The position numbers were made by a program, and so were the translations under genes. The notes beneath the pieces are model-generated. The model worked only from the letters and a program-made list of their open reading frames with translations. It made no database searches and was not told the origin of the DNA. Shown piece by piece: positions 27,950 through 32,000 of a stretch of DNA of 32,000 nucleotides. Position 1 is the stretch's first letter. Every line of letters starts with the position of its first letter. The DNA is from Pseudoalteromonas translucida KMM 520 (GTDB lineage Bacteria; Pseudomonadota; Gammaproteobacteria; Enterobacterales; Alteromonadaceae), in the NCBI RefSeq assembly GCF_001465295.1, contig NZ_CP011034.1:1530001-1562000 (forward strand). Reading direction: 5' to 3'.

Positions 27950-28339
27950 TTGGACGTGAACTTGGAAGATCTAGAAATATACCAATTAGCAGGAGATGTT
28001 CTTTCTTCTATAACTAGTGACCTAAATGAAAGTATTTATTCAGATCTTAACGGCAAACTATCTTTAGTATGGAGTGAGGTTCAAACCGTGAACGCTTGGG
28101 CTAAATCTCAGGGATCTGTTGATGAGCCTCCTATACATAAAATATGTATTCATTTTGAGCTTGTACGCCAATTATATAGGGATACTGAGGCTTTTTGTAA
28201 GTATCTAGAAAGTGACATTGATAAGGGGGCTTTCGATTTTTGGTTTCAAGATTTTGAGCAACCCATAGAAATGTTACCTTCGATATTCTCTTCGGAAGCT
28301 CATAGAAAGAATATGTTTATAGCTGCGATTACTTTGTAG
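27950..28339 (+). CDS. Hypothetical ORF (129 codons), probably 3'-truncated by the IS insertion and possibly itself a gene fragment
   Basis: Only TTG/GTG starts are available and no Shine-Dalgarno is visible. Its TAG stop (28337-28339) lies inside the IS terminal inverted repeat. No family recognised. Confidence 0.3.
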   Translation: MDVNLEDLEIYQLAGDVLSSITSDLNESIYSDLNGKLSLVWSEVQTVNAWAKSQGSVDEPPIHKICIHFELVRQLYRDTEAFCKYLESDIDKGAFDFWFQDFEQPIEMLPSIFSSEAHRKNMFIAAITL

Positions 28340-28342
28340 TGG

Positions 28343-29523
<1,181 letters not shown>

Positions 29524-30189
29524 TTTTTCACCCAAATTTGTATGCTTATTAGCATAACATTTCTTTCTTAATGGGTGGCCAAAATCACTGTACCACTACA
29601 TTCCTAGTGTTATCGAAAATACAATGGGAAATGACTCAAGTAATGTATCAAAAAAACTATTTGAACTCTCGATGAAATATTGTGATAAAGAAATACTATC
29701 TTTTAAAGAGTATTTTGAGAAGCAGGTTAACAACACGCCCTGAGGTGGGCAGCAAGCACCAAAGCTCACTTTCCATCGCAAATTTTAACAGTGGTAACTC
29801 CTTACTTTTTAATGCCGTTAGGTAAGTTAATTCATCGTTGGGTGTATTCGTTTTACAACACCCAACTACAAACCTTATCCATTAAAATGACAGCGATTTA
29901 ATAATGCTATTACGTGGCTTGCCCTTAGCTTTTCTTGTTCATAATACGCTTTGCCCAAAACGAATGACCAATAAAAAAGCCAGTCCTCTCAACAGCTAGC
30001 CTCATGAAAATGAGGGGGGACTTTAAAAAAACCAATTAAAACAACAGCAAACTCTCACTTTATATTTTGCATAAAATACAGTAATAAATTGAACCAAAAT
30101 AGGAACTCGGCTATGGTTTGTTTATTAATAAAAACAAATAAAAAACGAGTTTATTTACAGGCTCGTTATGTGAAAAGGGATTTTTAATA

Positions 30190-30486
30190 ATGGCACTTTT
30201 TTATATTTCACTCGGAGCCGTTTTCTTTTTAATTGCTATAGCTTGGTTTGGGTTTGTAGCTTTATATTCCCAAGTAGAGAATTCAGGATTCGGTTTTGGT
30301 TTTATTATGGGGGTATTTCCTGCGTTACTTAGCATGTTGCTTATAGTGCCTAGTACGCTGTATAGAACTGTTTTTGTATTTACACAAAAGCCAAAACAAA
30401 CAATGAAAGCTAAAGTTACTTTAGTAATTGGGCTGCTAATCACCTTACTTTATAGTGGTGCCATTATTAAGTTAGCTTTCACATAA
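30190..30486 (+). CDS. Small hypothetical membrane protein (98 aa, about 3 TM segments)
   Basis: Three strongly hydrophobic stretches, with AAGGGA upstream of the ATG. No family recognised. The antisense ORF 30201..30443 is less plausible. Confidence 0.5.
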   Translation: MALFYISLGAVFFLIAIAWFGFVALYSQVENSGFGFGFIMGVFPALLSMLLIVPSTLYRTVFVFTQKPKQTMKAKVTLVIGLLITLLYSGAIIKLAFT

Positions 30487-30502
30487 CAACATGCAATATT
30501 AG

Positions 30503-31120
30503 TTACTTAGCGGGTTCTAATAAACTAAACACAGGTAAGCGCCATTTAAAGCGTACCGATGCCATACGTATTAAGTACCCTGTAACTAAGCTAACAATAA
30601 TGCTTATATTGTCATCAATATTATAGTGATGTAGTGCTAGGTATAAACACGCCACGATAAGTGAAACGCTGGCATACAGCTCGTGGTGTAATACCAATGG
30701 CGCTTGACGACATATTAAATCACGTAACAAGCCACCAAATACGCCAGTAACTATGGCTGCAACTACGCAAATGCCATAGTGTAAACCCATGTTTAGCCCA
30801 ACTTGGCAGCCAATAATACTAAAAGCAGCTAGGCCAAGGGCATCTAAGCGCATAAATATGCCTTTAAACTTAACTACCCATTTAGCCAACCAAGTGGTGA
30901 TAATGCCGGCCATACAGGTAATTAATAAATATTCTGGATGTTGTACCCACGTAAGTGGGTAATTACCTAGTAAAATATCTCGAACGCTACCACCACCTAT
31001 GGCGGTGGCACTGGCTACCAAGCTAACGCCAAACCAGTCCATTTTCATTCGGCCAGCACTTAGCGCTCCGGTCATGGCTTCTGCTGTAATACCAATAATA
31101 TAAACAATAGTTAATAGCAT
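30503..31120 (-). CDS. UPF0126 / TRIC-like trimeric cation channel family membrane protein (YadS/YicG-like)
   Basis: Two internal repeats each carry the Gly-rich signature (AIGGGSVRDILLG and GVFGGLLRDLICR). It has about 7 hydrophobic segments and is 205 aa long. Confidence 0.85.
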   Translation of the reverse strand: MLLTIVYIIGITAEAMTGALSAGRMKMDWFGVSLVASATAIGGGSVRDILLGNYPLTWVQHPEYLLITCMAGIITTWLAKWVVKFKGIFMRLDALGLAAFSIIGCQVGLNMGLHYGICVVAAIVTGVFGGLLRDLICRQAPLVLHHELYASVSLIVACLYLALHHYNIDDNISIIVSLVTGYLIRMASVRFKWRLPVFSLLEPAK

Positions 31121-31413
31121 GAGATAGTCACTTGAAATTTACACATATAATAAAGGCGTGATTGTATAGATAAAACAGTAAAATAACGAGTGAGAAATCA
31201 CGCTAAAAACGCTTACTTCAGATAAGAAAAACTAATACGAAACTTGTGCGTAAATAGGCTGTTAAATTGGGGTGAACCTTTGGGTTGGATGTAAAAGGTG
31301 AAGGACAATAGGCCGGAAATAATAAAATAAGTTACTTTGAATTTTAAGCCGTTTTTGTCCTATAACCACTTTATATAGTAGGGAGTTATTTAAAAGCAAT
31401 GTAATGCAGGCTG

Positions 31414-32000
31414 TTAACTTGAGCCTCGGGCAATTAATATTGGAGGGAGTAGGGTGCTTTGTACTGCTTCGCCTCGAATTAGTTTTAATAGGTTTTCTAC
31501 CAGCATTTGTCCGGCTATAGTGGTGTTTTGCTCTACTGTGGTTAAAGGTGGGTTGGTATAGCTGGCAATGGCGATGTTATCGAAACCTATTACGGCAACA
31601 TCTTTCGGTACGCTAATACCGGCTTCTTTGAGTGCGCGTATTGCACCAATGGCAATTAAATCGCTGGCTGCAAAGAGTGCATTAAATTTTATGTTATTGG
31701 CTATTAGTGAGCGAGTGGCATGATACCCCGACTCTTCAGTCGATATTGCATTTGCTGTTTTACGTTTGTTTAAGGTTACGTTATTGGCGCTTAGTTCATC
31801 TTTAAAACCTTGAAATCGGGCAAAAAACTCAGGGCTATGATCCGATGCGTCGCCTATAAACGCGCAGTCGGTTCTGTTGCGTGCAATTAAATGCGCTGCA
31901 GCTAGTTTTCCGCCACCATAATTGTCGCAGCACACAGTCAGGTCGGGGCGATTGTCGACCGTTGCCCCCCAACAAACAAACTTGGTGTTTTGTTCAAGCA
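31414..32000 (-). CDS. LacI/GalR-family transcriptional regulator; only the C-terminal sugar-binding domain is in the window and the N-terminal HTH lies beyond it
   Basis: The minus-strand frame is open to the window edge (...LEQNTKFVCWGATVDNRPDLTVCCDNYGGGKLAAAHLI...). The family-typical blocks DN..GG..A..HL, VIGFDN and PPLTTV are present. Confidence 0.85.
   Translation of the reverse strand, partial: LEQNTKFVCWGATVDNRPDLTVCCDNYGGGKLAAAHLIARNRTDCAFIGDASDHSPEFFARFQGFKDELSANNVTLNKRKTANAISTEESGYHATRSLIANNIKFNALFAASDLIAIGAIRALKEAGISVPKDVAVIGFDNIAIASYTNPPLTTVEQNTTIAGQMLVENLLKLIRGEAVQSTLLPPILIARGSS

Noticed and set aside
29596-29781. 61-aa minus-strand ORF next to the IS.
   Set aside because: It has a TTG start with no properly spaced Shine-Dalgarno (AGGAG is 15 nt away). 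Its stop lies inside the IS inverted repeat. After in-silico IS excision it runs only 11 more codons. The opposite-strand frame is the more protein-like.

Overview
This 32-kb window looks like chromosomal DNA from an AT-rich, marine-type gammaproteobacterium. The proteins have an Alteromonadales/Pseudoalteromonas flavour, but that is inference only. All calls come from reading the ORF translations and the sequence by eye; no database search was run.

Left third: a 5'-truncated VolA/Pla-1-type lipase, sohB, a DAACS-family symporter, a 1662-aa lipoprotein built from tandem invasin/intimin-type Ig-like (Big_1) repeats, topA and a small secreted protein.

Middle (13.7-27.6 kb): an alpha-glucan (maltodextrin/starch) utilisation locus centred on a TonB-dependent receptor (TBDR). 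It holds a divergent cytoplasmic GH13 alpha-glucosidase, the TBDR, a flavin-dependent tryptophan-halogenase-family protein, a periplasmic cyclomaltodextrinase-like GH13, two GH13 lipoproteins and a GPH/SLC45-type sugar symporter. Three copies of a TG[C/A]ATACGTATGCA palindrome sit in its intergenic control regions and are a candidate LacI-family operator.

Right end: an AT-rich, gene-poor islet with an apparently intact 1266-bp IS3-family element whose end supplies the stop codon of a small ORF. It is followed by a small membrane protein, a UPF0126/TRIC-like channel protein and the 3' part of a LacI-family regulator that runs off the window.

I found no CRISPR array, tRNA/rRNA gene, or recognisable defence, toxin-antitoxin or secondary-metabolite cluster. 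The most interesting unexplained item is the halogenase homologue, which keeps its catalytic signatures yet sits inside a glycan-uptake locus.
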